Shown here one piece after another: positions 20,096-29,591 of a stretch of DNA of 64,000 nt; within the stretch, counting starts at the first letter, position 1; every line of letters begins with the position of its first letter. The translations under genes and the position numbers were made by a program. Below the pieces are notes generated by a model. It made no database searches, had not been told where the DNA came from, and saw only the letters and a list, made by a program, of their open reading frames with translations. Origin of the DNA: an uncultured Candidatus Binatia bacterium (GTDB taxonomy: Bacteria; Desulfobacterota; Binatia; UBA9968; CAXXLF01); the NCBI GenBank assembly GCA_965218425.1, contig OZ244621.1, positions 3,456,001 through 3,520,000 on the forward strand, in the 5' to 3' direction.

Positions 20096-21193
20096 ATGCT
20101 TCGGGTTAAGAATCTGAGTAAGACCTTCCTCACGCCTGAGGGAGCCGTCGAGGCTGTACGAGACGTCAGCTTTGAGGTGGACGATGGCGTTTGCTTAACC
20201 CTCCTTGGTCCCTCGGGTTGTGGAAAGACAACGACTCTTCGCATGGTAGGGGGACTCGAAAACCCCGACGACGGGGACATCGAGATCGGAGAGACCGTTT
20301 TTTCGCGGACAAAAGGGATTTTTGTTCCACCTCATCGACGGGGCATCGGTATGGTCTTCCAGTCCTACGCCATCTGGCCTCATATGACGGTTTTTCAAAA
20401 TGTCGCTTTTCCACTCGTACGTGGGGGCTTTAAATTACCCAGGAGCGAGGTTAAGGAAAGAGTAGGAAAAGCTCTTGAGCTTGTGGGACTCAAAGGATAC
20501 GAGAACCGGCCGGCGCCATTACTGAGTGGTGGTCAACAGCAAAGGGTTGCCCTGGCAAGGGCTTTAGTGTACGAGCCTACGCTTCTATTACTGGATGAAC
20601 CTCTGAGTAATCTGGACGCAAAGCTAAGGGATGAAATGCGGTTTGAACTCCGGGCGCTGATCGACAAACTCAAAATTTCGACCTTGTATGTAACACACGA
20701 TCAGGAAGAAGCGCTTGTGCTCTCTGATGAGGTTGCGGTCATGAATGACGGCCAGATTCTACAGAAAGGGGTTCCGCACGAAATTTACCTTAACCCTATC
20801 CATCCCTTTGTTGCGAGTTTCGTCGGGAATACAAATTTTATCGAGGGTCTGGTGGAGGAATCTCAGCCCCAACAGCAGGACATCGTTATCTCCACTCCTT
20901 TGGGGCAGGTGATCTGTTCATCGGCTGAGGGTCGGAGGTCGGGAGAGCGCGTGACACTGGCGTTCCGACCTGAGGATGTTCTAATCCAGACGGAACTCGA
21001 TGGGACCGAAGCTAATACATTCCGCGGAATGGTTCGACACAAGACCTTTGTCGGAAATAGGTTTGCGTGTGAGATCCAGGTAAGCACGGTTGTCATTCAT
21101 GGCAATGTGGGTGCTCGTAGTGATTTGCAGCATGGGGAAGAGGTGACTGTACGAATCCCGCCAGAGTATATCCGCCTGTTGAGAGCGTCATAG
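20096..21193 (+). CDS. ABC transporter ATP-binding protein (PotA/FbpC-type, TOBE domain)
   Basis: GPSGCGKTT, LSGGQQQR, LLLLDEP, YVTHDQ. Confidence 0.97.
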   Translation: MLRVKNLSKTFLTPEGAVEAVRDVSFEVDDGVCLTLLGPSGCGKTTTLRMVGGLENPDDGDIEIGETVFSRTKGIFVPPHRRGIGMVFQSYAIWPHMTVFQNVAFPLVRGGFKLPRSEVKERVGKALELVGLKGYENRPAPLLSGGQQQRVALARALVYEPTLLLLDEPLSNLDAKLRDEMRFELRALIDKLKISTLYVTHDQEEALVLSDEVAVMNDGQILQKGVPHEIYLNPIHPFVASFVGNTNFIEGLVEESQPQQQDIVISTPLGQVICSSAEGRRSGERVTLAFRPEDVLIQTELDGTEANTFRGMVRHKTFVGNRFACEIQVSTVVIHGNVGARSDLQHGEEVTVRIPPEYIRLLRAS

Positions 21194-21216
21194 ATGTCGT
21201 CGATCCTGTAACGGAC

Positions 21217-21292
21217 AGATGAGCCTCATGTTGAGGCGTCAATACTTTGATAACCTCGACCGCTGCGTCTATGAAGACAAAATTTACTAGGC
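21217..21292 (+). pseudogene. 3' remnant of a paralogue of the ferritin-like gene 8091-8738
   Basis: 68/76 nt identical to 8665-8740; translates as MSLMLRRQYFDNLDRCVYEDKIY*. Confidence 0.85.
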
Positions 21293-21334
21293 GCAGGTCA
21301 TTTCAGGAACACACTACTTCAGAGGCAGGCTTTC

Positions 21335-22582
21335 CTATTCCAAGCTCGCTTCCACCTCCGGCGGCACCAGCGGCGTCTCCACGAACGGTCCACCGGTGCG
21401 TGTGTAGCCCGGGTAATAGGTTTCCTCGGTAGCGAGCGTAATGCAATGATTCTTTTCCGGATCGCGGTGCACGTTGATAGGGTCACCACCCTTTTGCACG
21501 GTTTCAATCTGCTCTTCGATCATCTTGCGATACATAATGATGCCAATATCTGTGACACCAATCTGCTCCGTGGTACGATCGCAGACGGGTCCCTGCATTA
21601 CCCAGGCCGCCTCATCTTGCTGGGGCACATTGGCGCTGTTCAGCCGGCCCTTCTCATCGTAGAGAGAACGCTCCGTGTAGGGCACGTGGTCCTGGTGTGG
21701 TGCCGTTTCACCCGGCTTGGGGACCTCCGCCGCGTAGATCAGGTGCAGGCAGTGGGTGTCGTCCACTGGAATTCGATACTGGAACTGGTGCCAGTAGTCC
21801 TCCGACACGCGTAGGACATCGGGGAAGAGAATGGGATGTCCAATGCGCCACCCCTCGACTTCCTCCTTCTCGCCTTCCATGAGCCGGCGCTTCACAATTC
21901 CGTACTCGAAACGGTCAAATCCTATCTTGATATGTTTACGCCCGCGGGTTCTCAAGGCGTAGCGCTCAAACTTGTCGCGTTCTTTGGGCGGTTTCTTGCG
22001 GCCTATGGACCAGGTTCCCCAGTACCGGTGGAGCCATTGGAAGTGCACGGGGTCCAGTGAATTGTCCATGCACTGCAGCCAGTTGCATGGGAGCATCACT
22101 GCATCGATACTCCTTGTAACGTTGTCCCAAACCAGGAGGTCCCAGCGCGGCAGGAGCGGCACAGGTTGCGGACCCATGTAGACGAAGATCAAGCCACCCA
22201 ATTCCTCGGCGGGATAGGCCTTGAGGCATACTTTTTGATTAAACTTTTTATCCGAGGGTTCCGAAGGTTGCTCCACACACACGCCGGTTTCGTTGTAGAT
22301 CCATCCATGGTAGGCGCAGCGCAGACCGTTTTCCTCGGGAATACCGTATGAGAGGCTCGCTTTGCGGTGCGCGCACCTGGGTTCGATGCAGCCTATCTTG
22401 CCCTTGAGATCCCGATAGAGAAGGAGGTCTTCGCCCAGGATGCGTATTTCCTTGGTGGGATTTTCGTCGCTCAACTCTACGCTGGCGGCGATGGGATGCC
22501 AGTAACGCCGCATCACCTCTCCCATGGGTGTGCCGGGGGCGACACGTGTATAGCGCTGGTTCTGCTCTGAGGTGAGCATCAT
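21335..22582 (-). CDS. Rieske non-heme iron oxygenase alpha subunit (phthalate 4,5-dioxygenase/LigXa-like), tandem copy 3
   Basis: CAH...CAYH Rieske motif, DPVHFQWLH and QD iron ligands. Confidence 0.95.
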   Translation of the reverse strand: MMLTSEQNQRYTRVAPGTPMGEVMRRYWHPIAASVELSDENPTKEIRILGEDLLLYRDLKGKIGCIEPRCAHRKASLSYGIPEENGLRCAYHGWIYNETGVCVEQPSEPSDKKFNQKVCLKAYPAEELGGLIFVYMGPQPVPLLPRWDLLVWDNVTRSIDAVMLPCNWLQCMDNSLDPVHFQWLHRYWGTWSIGRKKPPKERDKFERYALRTRGRKHIKIGFDRFEYGIVKRRLMEGEKEEVEGWRIGHPILFPDVLRVSEDYWHQFQYRIPVDDTHCLHLIYAAEVPKPGETAPHQDHVPYTERSLYDEKGRLNSANVPQQDEAAWVMQGPVCDRTTEQIGVTDIGIIMYRKMIEEQIETVQKGGDPINVHRDPEKNHCITLATEETYYPGYTRTGGPFVETPLVPPEVEASLE

Positions 22583-22614
22583 GAACCCCCTGTTCTAGAG
22601 ATGCCGTTTGTTTT

Positions 22615-23856
22615 CTACTCGAGGCTTACCTCCACGTCAGGCGGTACCAGTGGTGTCTCCACAAAGGGTCCGCCCGTGCGAGTGTAACCTGGGTAGTAGG
22701 TGTGCTCGGTGGCAACGGTGATGCACTTGTTTTTTTCCGGATCCCGGTGGACGTTGATGGGATCTTTTCCCTCTTGCACCCTCTTGAACTGTTCTTCAAT
22801 CAACTTGCGGTACATAAAGAGGCCCACATCGGTAGCACCCAGGTGCTCGGTGGTACGATCCGTAACGGGACCCTGCATGATCCAGGCTGCCTCATCCTGC
22901 GAGGGTACGGTGGTGCTCTTCAAACGGCCGTTCTCATCAAAGGGGGTGTCCAAAGTGTAGGGTATGGGGTCCTGAGGAGGAGCCTTTTCCCCTGGTTTGG
23001 GCACATGGACGACGTAATACATGTGTATCGTATTGGTATCGTCCACCGGGACCCGGTACTGAAAAGTGTGCCGATAATCTTCCGAGACCCGCAAAAAATT
23101 GGGAAAGAGAATGGGGTGTCCGATGCGCCAATACTCGTCTTCCTCCGTAATACCCTCCATCAGCCGCCGTTTGATGATTCCGTATTCAAACCGGTTGAAC
23201 CCTACCTTGAGGTGTCTCCGGCCCCGGCGAATGGCAGTGCGATTAAACTCCTCACGTTCCTCCGGGGGTTTATTGCGACGGACGGACCAGGCGCCCCAGT
23301 ATGCGTGCAGCCATTGGAAGTGAACGGGGTCCAAGGCGTTGTCCACGCACTGAAGCCAGTTGCACGGCAGCGGGTTTACTCTGATATTTCTCGTCACGTT
23401 GTCCCAGACCAACAGGTCCCAACGGGGGAGAAGCGGTTGGGGCTGTGGCCCCAGGTAAACAAAGATCAAGCCCCCTAACTCTTCGGCGGGATAGGCCTTT
23501 AGACAGATCTTCTGGTTGAATTTCTTGTTCGAGGGCTCCGACGGTTGTTCCACGCAGGCGCCGGTCTCGTTATAGATCCATCCATGGTAGGCGCATCGGA
23601 GGCCGTTTTCTTCGGGGATACCGTAGGAAAGGTTTGCCTTACGGTGGGCGCATCTCGGTTCGATACATCCCACCCGGCCATTCAGGTCGCGGTAGAGCAA
23701 GAGGTCTTCACCTAGTATCCTGATCTCCTTCGTTGGGTTTTCTTCATCCAACTGTGCACTGGCAGCGATGGGGTGCCAGTAACGCCGCATGAGCTCGCCC
23801 ATGGGTGTGCCTGGACCAACCTTCGTATAGCGATCATTTTGTTCGGCTGAAATCAT
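22615..23856 (-). CDS. Rieske oxygenase alpha subunit, tandem copy 2
   Basis: Same motifs; close paralogue. Confidence 0.95.
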   Translation of the reverse strand: MISAEQNDRYTKVGPGTPMGELMRRYWHPIAASAQLDEENPTKEIRILGEDLLLYRDLNGRVGCIEPRCAHRKANLSYGIPEENGLRCAYHGWIYNETGACVEQPSEPSNKKFNQKICLKAYPAEELGGLIFVYLGPQPQPLLPRWDLLVWDNVTRNIRVNPLPCNWLQCVDNALDPVHFQWLHAYWGAWSVRRNKPPEEREEFNRTAIRRGRRHLKVGFNRFEYGIIKRRLMEGITEEDEYWRIGHPILFPNFLRVSEDYRHTFQYRVPVDDTNTIHMYYVVHVPKPGEKAPPQDPIPYTLDTPFDENGRLKSTTVPSQDEAAWIMQGPVTDRTTEHLGATDVGLFMYRKLIEEQFKRVQEGKDPINVHRDPEKNKCITVATEHTYYPGYTRTGGPFVETPLVPPDVEVSLE

Positions 23857-23895
23857 GTTTCCCTTCCCTTTCTGTTGCTGGTGTTCTTGGTCTCT

Positions 23896-25137
23896 CTACT
23901 CCAGGCTAGCTTCCACCTGCGGCGGAATAAGTGGCGTCTCCACGAAAGGTCCGCCGGTGCGTGTATAGCCTGGGTAGTAGGTGTGCTCGGTGGCGAGCGT
24001 AATGCAATGATTCTTTTCCGGATCGCGGTGTACGTTGATTGGGTCACCGCCGTCCTCAACGACCTTGATCTGTTCTTCCATCATCTTGCGGTACATGATG
24101 AGTCCAATATCCGTAGCGCCGAGGCGTTCGGTGGTGCGGTCCGTGATGGGCCCTTGCATGACCCAGGCAGCTTCGTCCTGGGAGGGGATGGTGGTGTTGT
24201 TCAACCGGCCTTTATCGTCATAGAGTTCCATATATTCGTAGGGAACGCTGTCCTGGCGCGGAGCTGTCTTGCCGGGCTCGGAAACATACAATGCATAGAC
24301 CAAATGTAACGTATGGGTATCGTCCACGGGGACCCGGTACTGAAAAGAGTGGCGATAACCGCCCGAAACCCTCAGAACATTGGGAAAGAGGATGGGGTGG
24401 CCGATGCGCCAATACTCGTCTTCCTCCGTCTCGCCTTCCATTAGTCGGCGCTTTACGATTCCGTATTCAAATCGGTCAAATCCCACCTTGAGGTGCTTTC
24501 GGCCTTTCCTCATTGCCATGCGTTCGAACTGTTCCCGTTCCTCCGGAGGTTTTTTACGGCCGATGGACCACCCCCCCCAGTACCGATGGAGCCATTGGAA
24601 GTGGACCGGGTCCATGGAGTTGTCCATGCATTGAAGCCAGTTGCAGGGGAGCGGGTTCAATCTGATGTTTCTTGTGACGTTGTCCCAAACCATCAGGTCC
24701 CAGTTGGGAAGAAGCGGCGTAGGCTGGGGACCCATGTAGACGAAGATGATGCCCCCCAACTCCTCGGCGGGATAGGCCTTCAGGCATACCTTTTCCTTGA
24801 ATTTCTTGTCCGAGGGCTCCGACGGCTGCTCCACGCAGGCGCCGGTCTCGTTGTAGACCCATCCGTGGTAGGCGCAACGCAGGCCGTTTTCCTCAGGAAT
24901 GCCGTAGGAGAGGTTTGCCTTTCGGTGCGCGCATCTAGGCTCGATACATCCCACCTTGCCCTTGAGATCACGGTAGAGCAGGAGGTCCTCACCCAGAAGC
25001 CTTATCTCCTTCGTGGGATTCTCTTCGTTTAACTCCGCGCTGGGTGCTATGGGTTGCCAATAACGCCGCATGACCTTGCCCATGGGTGTGCCCGGACCAA
25101 CTTTTGTATAGCGATCATTTTGTTCGGCGGACAACAT
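23896..25137 (-). CDS. Rieske oxygenase alpha subunit, tandem copy 1
   Basis: Same motifs; AGGAGG RBS. Confidence 0.95.
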   Translation of the reverse strand: MLSAEQNDRYTKVGPGTPMGKVMRRYWQPIAPSAELNEENPTKEIRLLGEDLLLYRDLKGKVGCIEPRCAHRKANLSYGIPEENGLRCAYHGWVYNETGACVEQPSEPSDKKFKEKVCLKAYPAEELGGIIFVYMGPQPTPLLPNWDLMVWDNVTRNIRLNPLPCNWLQCMDNSMDPVHFQWLHRYWGGWSIGRKKPPEEREQFERMAMRKGRKHLKVGFDRFEYGIVKRRLMEGETEEDEYWRIGHPILFPNVLRVSGGYRHSFQYRVPVDDTHTLHLVYALYVSEPGKTAPRQDSVPYEYMELYDDKGRLNNTTIPSQDEAAWVMQGPITDRTTERLGATDIGLIMYRKMMEEQIKVVEDGGDPINVHRDPEKNHCITLATEHTYYPGYTRTGGPFVETPLIPPQVEASLE

Positions 25138-25207
25138 AAAGGCACCTCCTTATGGCAGATAAGAAGCGATTAGAACGGCCTCGTCATTGATGCTCAGTAT
25201 GAATGTG

Positions 25208-25334
25208 AGAGTAGTCGAGATCCAATTTTATGTCAAATTGAGAGATCTAGAAGTTGTTTTACGTATTAACCATTTACCGCATGGACCTGAATGAAAACAT
25301 CTAGCTTGCCAAGTTTGACATGTTTGCGTAATAT
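25208..25334. promoter_or_regulatory. Divergent sigma70-like promoters (Rieske triplet / TauE unit)
   Basis: Minus strand TTGACA-17-TACTCT (25236-25208); plus strand TTGCCA-17-TAATAT (25306-25334). Confidence 0.55.
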
Positions 25335-25356
25335 CTCGTAATTCCTCCTAACGCGT

Positions 25357-25611
25357 ATGAAAAAAGCTAAAAACAAACTTTTCCTGCAGACCATTCTATT
25401 GGGCGCAATGAGCGTTGTTCTTTACTTTCTGCTTTTTTACTTCGAGGACAGGCTTTTGGAACGTTCCAGGGGATTCTCACCGGATGGTTGGTTTTTCCTC
25501 GTACCCATCGTCATTGCTTTTGTCTTTTCAGCCGTCCATGGGGTATTTACCAGCAACTTTTGGGAGCTCTTGGGCGTTCGGGCCAAGAGACCCGTAACCC
25601 ACAGGCAATAG
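25357..25611 (+). CDS. Small two-TM membrane protein associated with the TauE/TSUP transporter
   Basis: Two hydrophobic helices, PIVIAFVFSAVHGVFTSNFWELLG; 4-nt gap to the next gene. Confidence 0.75.
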   Translation: MKKAKNKLFLQTILLGAMSVVLYFLLFYFEDRLLERSRGFSPDGWFFLVPIVIAFVFSAVHGVFTSNFWELLGVRAKRPVTHRQ

Positions 25612-25615
25612 CATA

Positions 25616-26665
25616 GTGGAATTCATCGACTTGAACCTTACCCATGTCGTGGTGCTTTTCTTTGTCGGCTTCGGGGGTGGGTTGGTAAGCGGGTTTATCG
25701 GCTCGGGTGGGGCTTTTGTATTGACCCCTGCAATGATAAGCCTTGGCGTTCCCGCCATCGTGGCTGTGGCCAGCAACATGTGTCACAAGTTTCCCAAAGC
25801 CCTGGTGGGTGCGGTCAAGCGGGCTCAATATGGGCAGGTGGATGTGAAGCTGGGGGTCGTGCTGGGGGTCTCCGCGGAGATAGGGGTTGTGATTGGGGCA
25901 AACGTCCAGACCTCGATCAATCGGGCCTATGGAAGCGCCGGTTCAAATCTTTACGTTTCGCTCGCGTTAATCGTTGTTCTGCTGCTTGTTGGGAGCTTTG
26001 TATTGCGTGACGTTTGGAAGATCAGATTGGGTAGCCTGGAAGAACAACCCACCAAAAAATTGGCACTGTGGCTTCAAACGGTGCACATCCCTGGGACCAT
26101 GATGTATTTCCGAAGCATGGACGCGCGGGTTTCCGTGTTGTTTACCGTCCCCATCGGAATTGCCACGGGTATGCTGGCAGCCACCATTGCGGTGGGTGGG
26201 TTTATCGGTGTGCCCGCCATGATCTACGTGTTGGGGGTTCCCAGTTTGATGGCCACCGCAACCGAACTGGTCATCGCGTTTATCATGGGGCTTGGTGGGT
26301 CAATCCATTTTTCCTGGAGCGGCTTCGTGGATATACGTTTGGCAATGATCATTCTTGCGGGATCCCTTTTTGGAATCCAGTTGGGTGCCATGAGCACTAC
26401 TTATGTTCAGTCTTATATGGTTAAACTGGTCATGGGAATGATCATGACTGTTGTAGCCGTGAGTCGAATCATCGCCGTTCCTGCCTATCTTTCCGATCTG
26501 GGGACTATTGAATCCCTGTCCACACGCACCGTCAGTGTTTTGAATGCCCTGAGTTTTAGCGTGTTGGCATCGGCTTTGGGCATTGGGGCGATCATTATTC
26601 TATTCTCGCTGTGGTACGGTTTGCGCGAAGATCTACGACAGCAGGAAGCGTTGGGAAAAGTATAG
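25616..26665 (+). CDS. TauE/SafE (TSUP) family sulfite exporter / sulfur-compound permease
   Basis: Repeated G-rich motifs (SGFIGSGGAFVLTP; IAVGGFIGVP), multiple TM helices. Confidence 0.88.
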   Translation: MEFIDLNLTHVVVLFFVGFGGGLVSGFIGSGGAFVLTPAMISLGVPAIVAVASNMCHKFPKALVGAVKRAQYGQVDVKLGVVLGVSAEIGVVIGANVQTSINRAYGSAGSNLYVSLALIVVLLLVGSFVLRDVWKIRLGSLEEQPTKKLALWLQTVHIPGTMMYFRSMDARVSVLFTVPIGIATGMLAATIAVGGFIGVPAMIYVLGVPSLMATATELVIAFIMGLGGSIHFSWSGFVDIRLAMIILAGSLFGIQLGAMSTTYVQSYMVKLVMGMIMTVVAVSRIIAVPAYLSDLGTIESLSTRTVSVLNALSFSVLASALGIGAIIILFSLWYGLREDLRQQEALGKV

Positions 26666-26748
26666 TCATGGTGCTTTTGCCAAGGTGATCCAAGCAGTAG
26701 GGAATTGACCCAAATGCGTCAACCGTCGTCTGTTATCGTTGGGACTCT

Positions 26749-29577
26749 TTATTCTGGGAAGTAGTAGGCTTCTTCCGCGGGTTTATACGCCCGCAGCAAC
26801 CAGAGGGGGCGGCGCAGGTTATCGGGACCTGGGGCAGGCCGGGCGCTCACAAGCCATCGTTTGTAAACCTCGTGGGCTTTATCGGTATCGACGAAAATAT
26901 CCCCGTAGCGATCTCCCTTCTGCGGGAGTTCCAACCTCACTTTTTGGTGCCAACAGTGCTGTCCACTGATAAAGTCGGGCTGCACAGGGAAGGTCAGGTT
27001 TTGATGAACGCCGCCGTCCTCCCACCAGATGCGTTCCGAATCAGGGTCGTCGCTCTTGAAGGGCCGCACGCCGTGAACCTGGCGCATCATCCATTTCCCG
27101 GGGCCGATTTGTTTTAGGTTGACGAGGGCCGACGACCAATGGGCGCCGCCGGTATCTTCCTGTAAGCGCCACCTGCCGAGATGGTGCGAGCAGGCAACGA
27201 CTCCGGGTCGGATCCCTTCGGTTACCCACACCTTGTCGATAAAATAGCCGATCTCCGTGTGAACCTTAAGCAAATCTCCCGTGCGGACCCCGAACTTTTC
27301 AGCGTCCTTGGAATGGATCCACAAGGGATTCTTATGTGAAATCTCATAGAGCCATTTGGCATTGCCGGACCGGCTGTGGATCAAAGTAGGGAGACGAAAA
27401 GTGGGGAGGAGCAACATCTCCCCTTTGTCCCGATCGATGTTGTCCCGGTGTACCTGGCTCTTGATGTAACCGGGTATGGCATGCTCGGGCCATTTCCAGT
27501 GCTTCAGGGTCTTGGAATAGAATTCCAACTTTCGTGATGGCGTGGGAAACCCGACTTGGGCACTCCCATTAACCTCAACCCCGATAGGTGTACCCTCCCT
27601 ACGAATAACCCCGGTGACAGGGTCTACCTGACTCCCTTCGAGGGCCTTGGCGTCCAGGGTTGTCTTGTTGGATTGGTAAACTTGATCCTCTATTAGAAAA
27701 GCGCCGTACTTCCGCATGTATTGCAATGGTTTCATTCCCTCTTTGCTGGCTGCTTCCGGAAGCCCCGGGACGCTGTTTTCGAAGATCCAACCGTAGTAAT
27801 CGTCAACTGTCAGCTTCTCGCCGGGACGATAGGGGGATTCGAAATATTTGCGAATTCCCATTGAGCCATCAGGGTCGATGCGCCATGAAAGTTCGATCCA
27901 GAACTCGTCCTCTTCCCACACCTCACCCAATCCAGCCTCACCGTGAGCCTCGTAGGTTGTGTTGAACGTTTTACCCTCCTTTTCGAGGGCCACGCGCAGC
28001 ACCGGTTGCCGGAAACCGATCCACTTTGCGGCGTGGGTCTCTTGGCTCATCAGATCGTGGCGTTCGGACGCAAACCCCATGGGAAGAACATAATCGGCAA
28101 ACCATGCCGTTTCACTCCAGGTGGGTGTGAGGCAGGCGTGACGTTCCACTTTGCTTTCGTCACACAAGGCTTCGATCCAGGTCATTCCATCGGGATTGGT
28201 CCACACCGGATTGTAGACGCGGGTGAAGTAGGCGGCCAGCTTACCACGCCCCTCTTTGAGGAAGTGGGGAAGGAGAAAGCTCATTTCGAAGAAGGCCAGT
28301 GGATACTCTCGAGGATACATCATCTCGTTCCAGATCTTCGGCGGTGGTGGCATCAAGGGGGGAGCCGGGATGAATTTGTTCCAGACGTTGGGAGCCGTGC
28401 CGCCGGGAGTTCCTACGGCGCCAACCAGGACAACGAGAAATTCCAACGCCCGGGCCACTTCCCAGCCGCCCAGATTGCCCGCGGCGGCATTGCGCCATAC
28501 ATGGGTGGACAGAGCCGATCCTGCGCGTCCAATCTCCCGCGCTACCTCGGTGATCTGTTCTGGCCGGACGCCGGACTCCTTAGCGGCAAACTCAACGGTG
28601 TATTGGCCATAGAGCTGTTTCAAAAGCTCGATGAAGGTGTCGAAGGTCTGTGGTTTGTCGGAGTGTTCCTCCCGCAGGTACTCTTGCCAGTTGACCCATT
28701 GTTTTAAGAATTCACGTTCGTAGAGGTCTTCCCGGAGAATGATGTTGCACATGGCGAGCAGCAAGGCCGCCTCGCTACCGGGCCAACTCGACAGCCAGTA
28801 ATCGGCCTTCGAGGCGGTGTTGGACAGACGGGTGTCAATGACGCATATCTTTGTACCCTTGTTGTTCTTTCCTTCGATGATTCTCTGGGCGTGGGGGTTG
28901 AAGTAGTGTCCCGTCTCCAAATGGGAGCTCAAGAGGAGGATGAATCGTGCATTGGAATGGTCCGGGGAGGGACGATCGATGCCGCACCACAAGGCGTAAC
29001 CCGCACGGGCTCCAGCGGAACAAACGTTGGTGTGGCTATTGTGTCCGTCCAGGCCCCAGGCGTGGAAGATCCTTTGATGATACAACAGTTCGTGACCCGG
29101 GCGGCCTACGTGGTACATGATCTCATTGTGGCGATTTTCCTGAATGGCCTTGCGGATTCGATTCGCCAGATCGTTTAAGACTTCGTCCCAGGTCACCCGC
29201 TCCCATTTCCCCTCGCCTCGTTTTCCCACTCTCTTTAACGGGTAGTGAATTCGCTCGGAGTCATGGATCTGGTTGATGGTAGCCGGTCCCTTGGCACAGT
29301 TGCGGCCTCGGCTGCCGGGATGCTCCGGGTTGCCTTCGAATTTTCGAATCCCGTGAGTCTCTTTATCCACGTAGGCCAGAAGCCCGCACCCTGCCTCGCA
29401 GTTGAAGCAGATGGTGGGAATAAGGGAGTAGTGCTTCTCAACTCTCTTTGGCCATTGGGCGCTGTCGTACTCCACCCAGTCATTCCAACGTTCAGGTGGA
29501 GGGAAATGGGCGAGCCCGCCGGCGGAAGATTCGAGTCCCGCGACCGCAGGATTGAGGGGTTGTGGTATCTGCTTCAT
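26749..29577 (-). CDS. Molybdopterin (bis-MGD) oxidoreductase catalytic subunit, Cys-ligated Psr/Ttr/SoeA-like, no Tat signal
   Basis: CFNCEAGC...C 4Fe-4S motif, HTNVC putative Mo-ligand Cys, SETAWFADYVLP, C-terminal MGD-binding domain. Start set at ATG 29577. Confidence 0.9.
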   Translation of the reverse strand: MKQIPQPLNPAVAGLESSAGGLAHFPPPERWNDWVEYDSAQWPKRVEKHYSLIPTICFNCEAGCGLLAYVDKETHGIRKFEGNPEHPGSRGRNCAKGPATINQIHDSERIHYPLKRVGKRGEGKWERVTWDEVLNDLANRIRKAIQENRHNEIMYHVGRPGHELLYHQRIFHAWGLDGHNSHTNVCSAGARAGYALWCGIDRPSPDHSNARFILLLSSHLETGHYFNPHAQRIIEGKNNKGTKICVIDTRLSNTASKADYWLSSWPGSEAALLLAMCNIILREDLYEREFLKQWVNWQEYLREEHSDKPQTFDTFIELLKQLYGQYTVEFAAKESGVRPEQITEVAREIGRAGSALSTHVWRNAAAGNLGGWEVARALEFLVVLVGAVGTPGGTAPNVWNKFIPAPPLMPPPPKIWNEMMYPREYPLAFFEMSFLLPHFLKEGRGKLAAYFTRVYNPVWTNPDGMTWIEALCDESKVERHACLTPTWSETAWFADYVLPMGFASERHDLMSQETHAAKWIGFRQPVLRVALEKEGKTFNTTYEAHGEAGLGEVWEEDEFWIELSWRIDPDGSMGIRKYFESPYRPGEKLTVDDYYGWIFENSVPGLPEAASKEGMKPLQYMRKYGAFLIEDQVYQSNKTTLDAKALEGSQVDPVTGVIRREGTPIGVEVNGSAQVGFPTPSRKLEFYSKTLKHWKWPEHAIPGYIKSQVHRDNIDRDKGEMLLLPTFRLPTLIHSRSGNAKWLYEISHKNPLWIHSKDAEKFGVRTGDLLKVHTEIGYFIDKVWVTEGIRPGVVACSHHLGRWRLQEDTGGAHWSSALVNLKQIGPGKWMMRQVHGVRPFKSDDPDSERIWWEDGGVHQNLTFPVQPDFISGQHCWHQKVRLELPQKGDRYGDIFVDTDKAHEVYKRWLVSARPAPGPDNLRRPLWLLRAYKPAEEAYYFPE

Positions 29578-29591
29578 TAAATATTCCTTCC

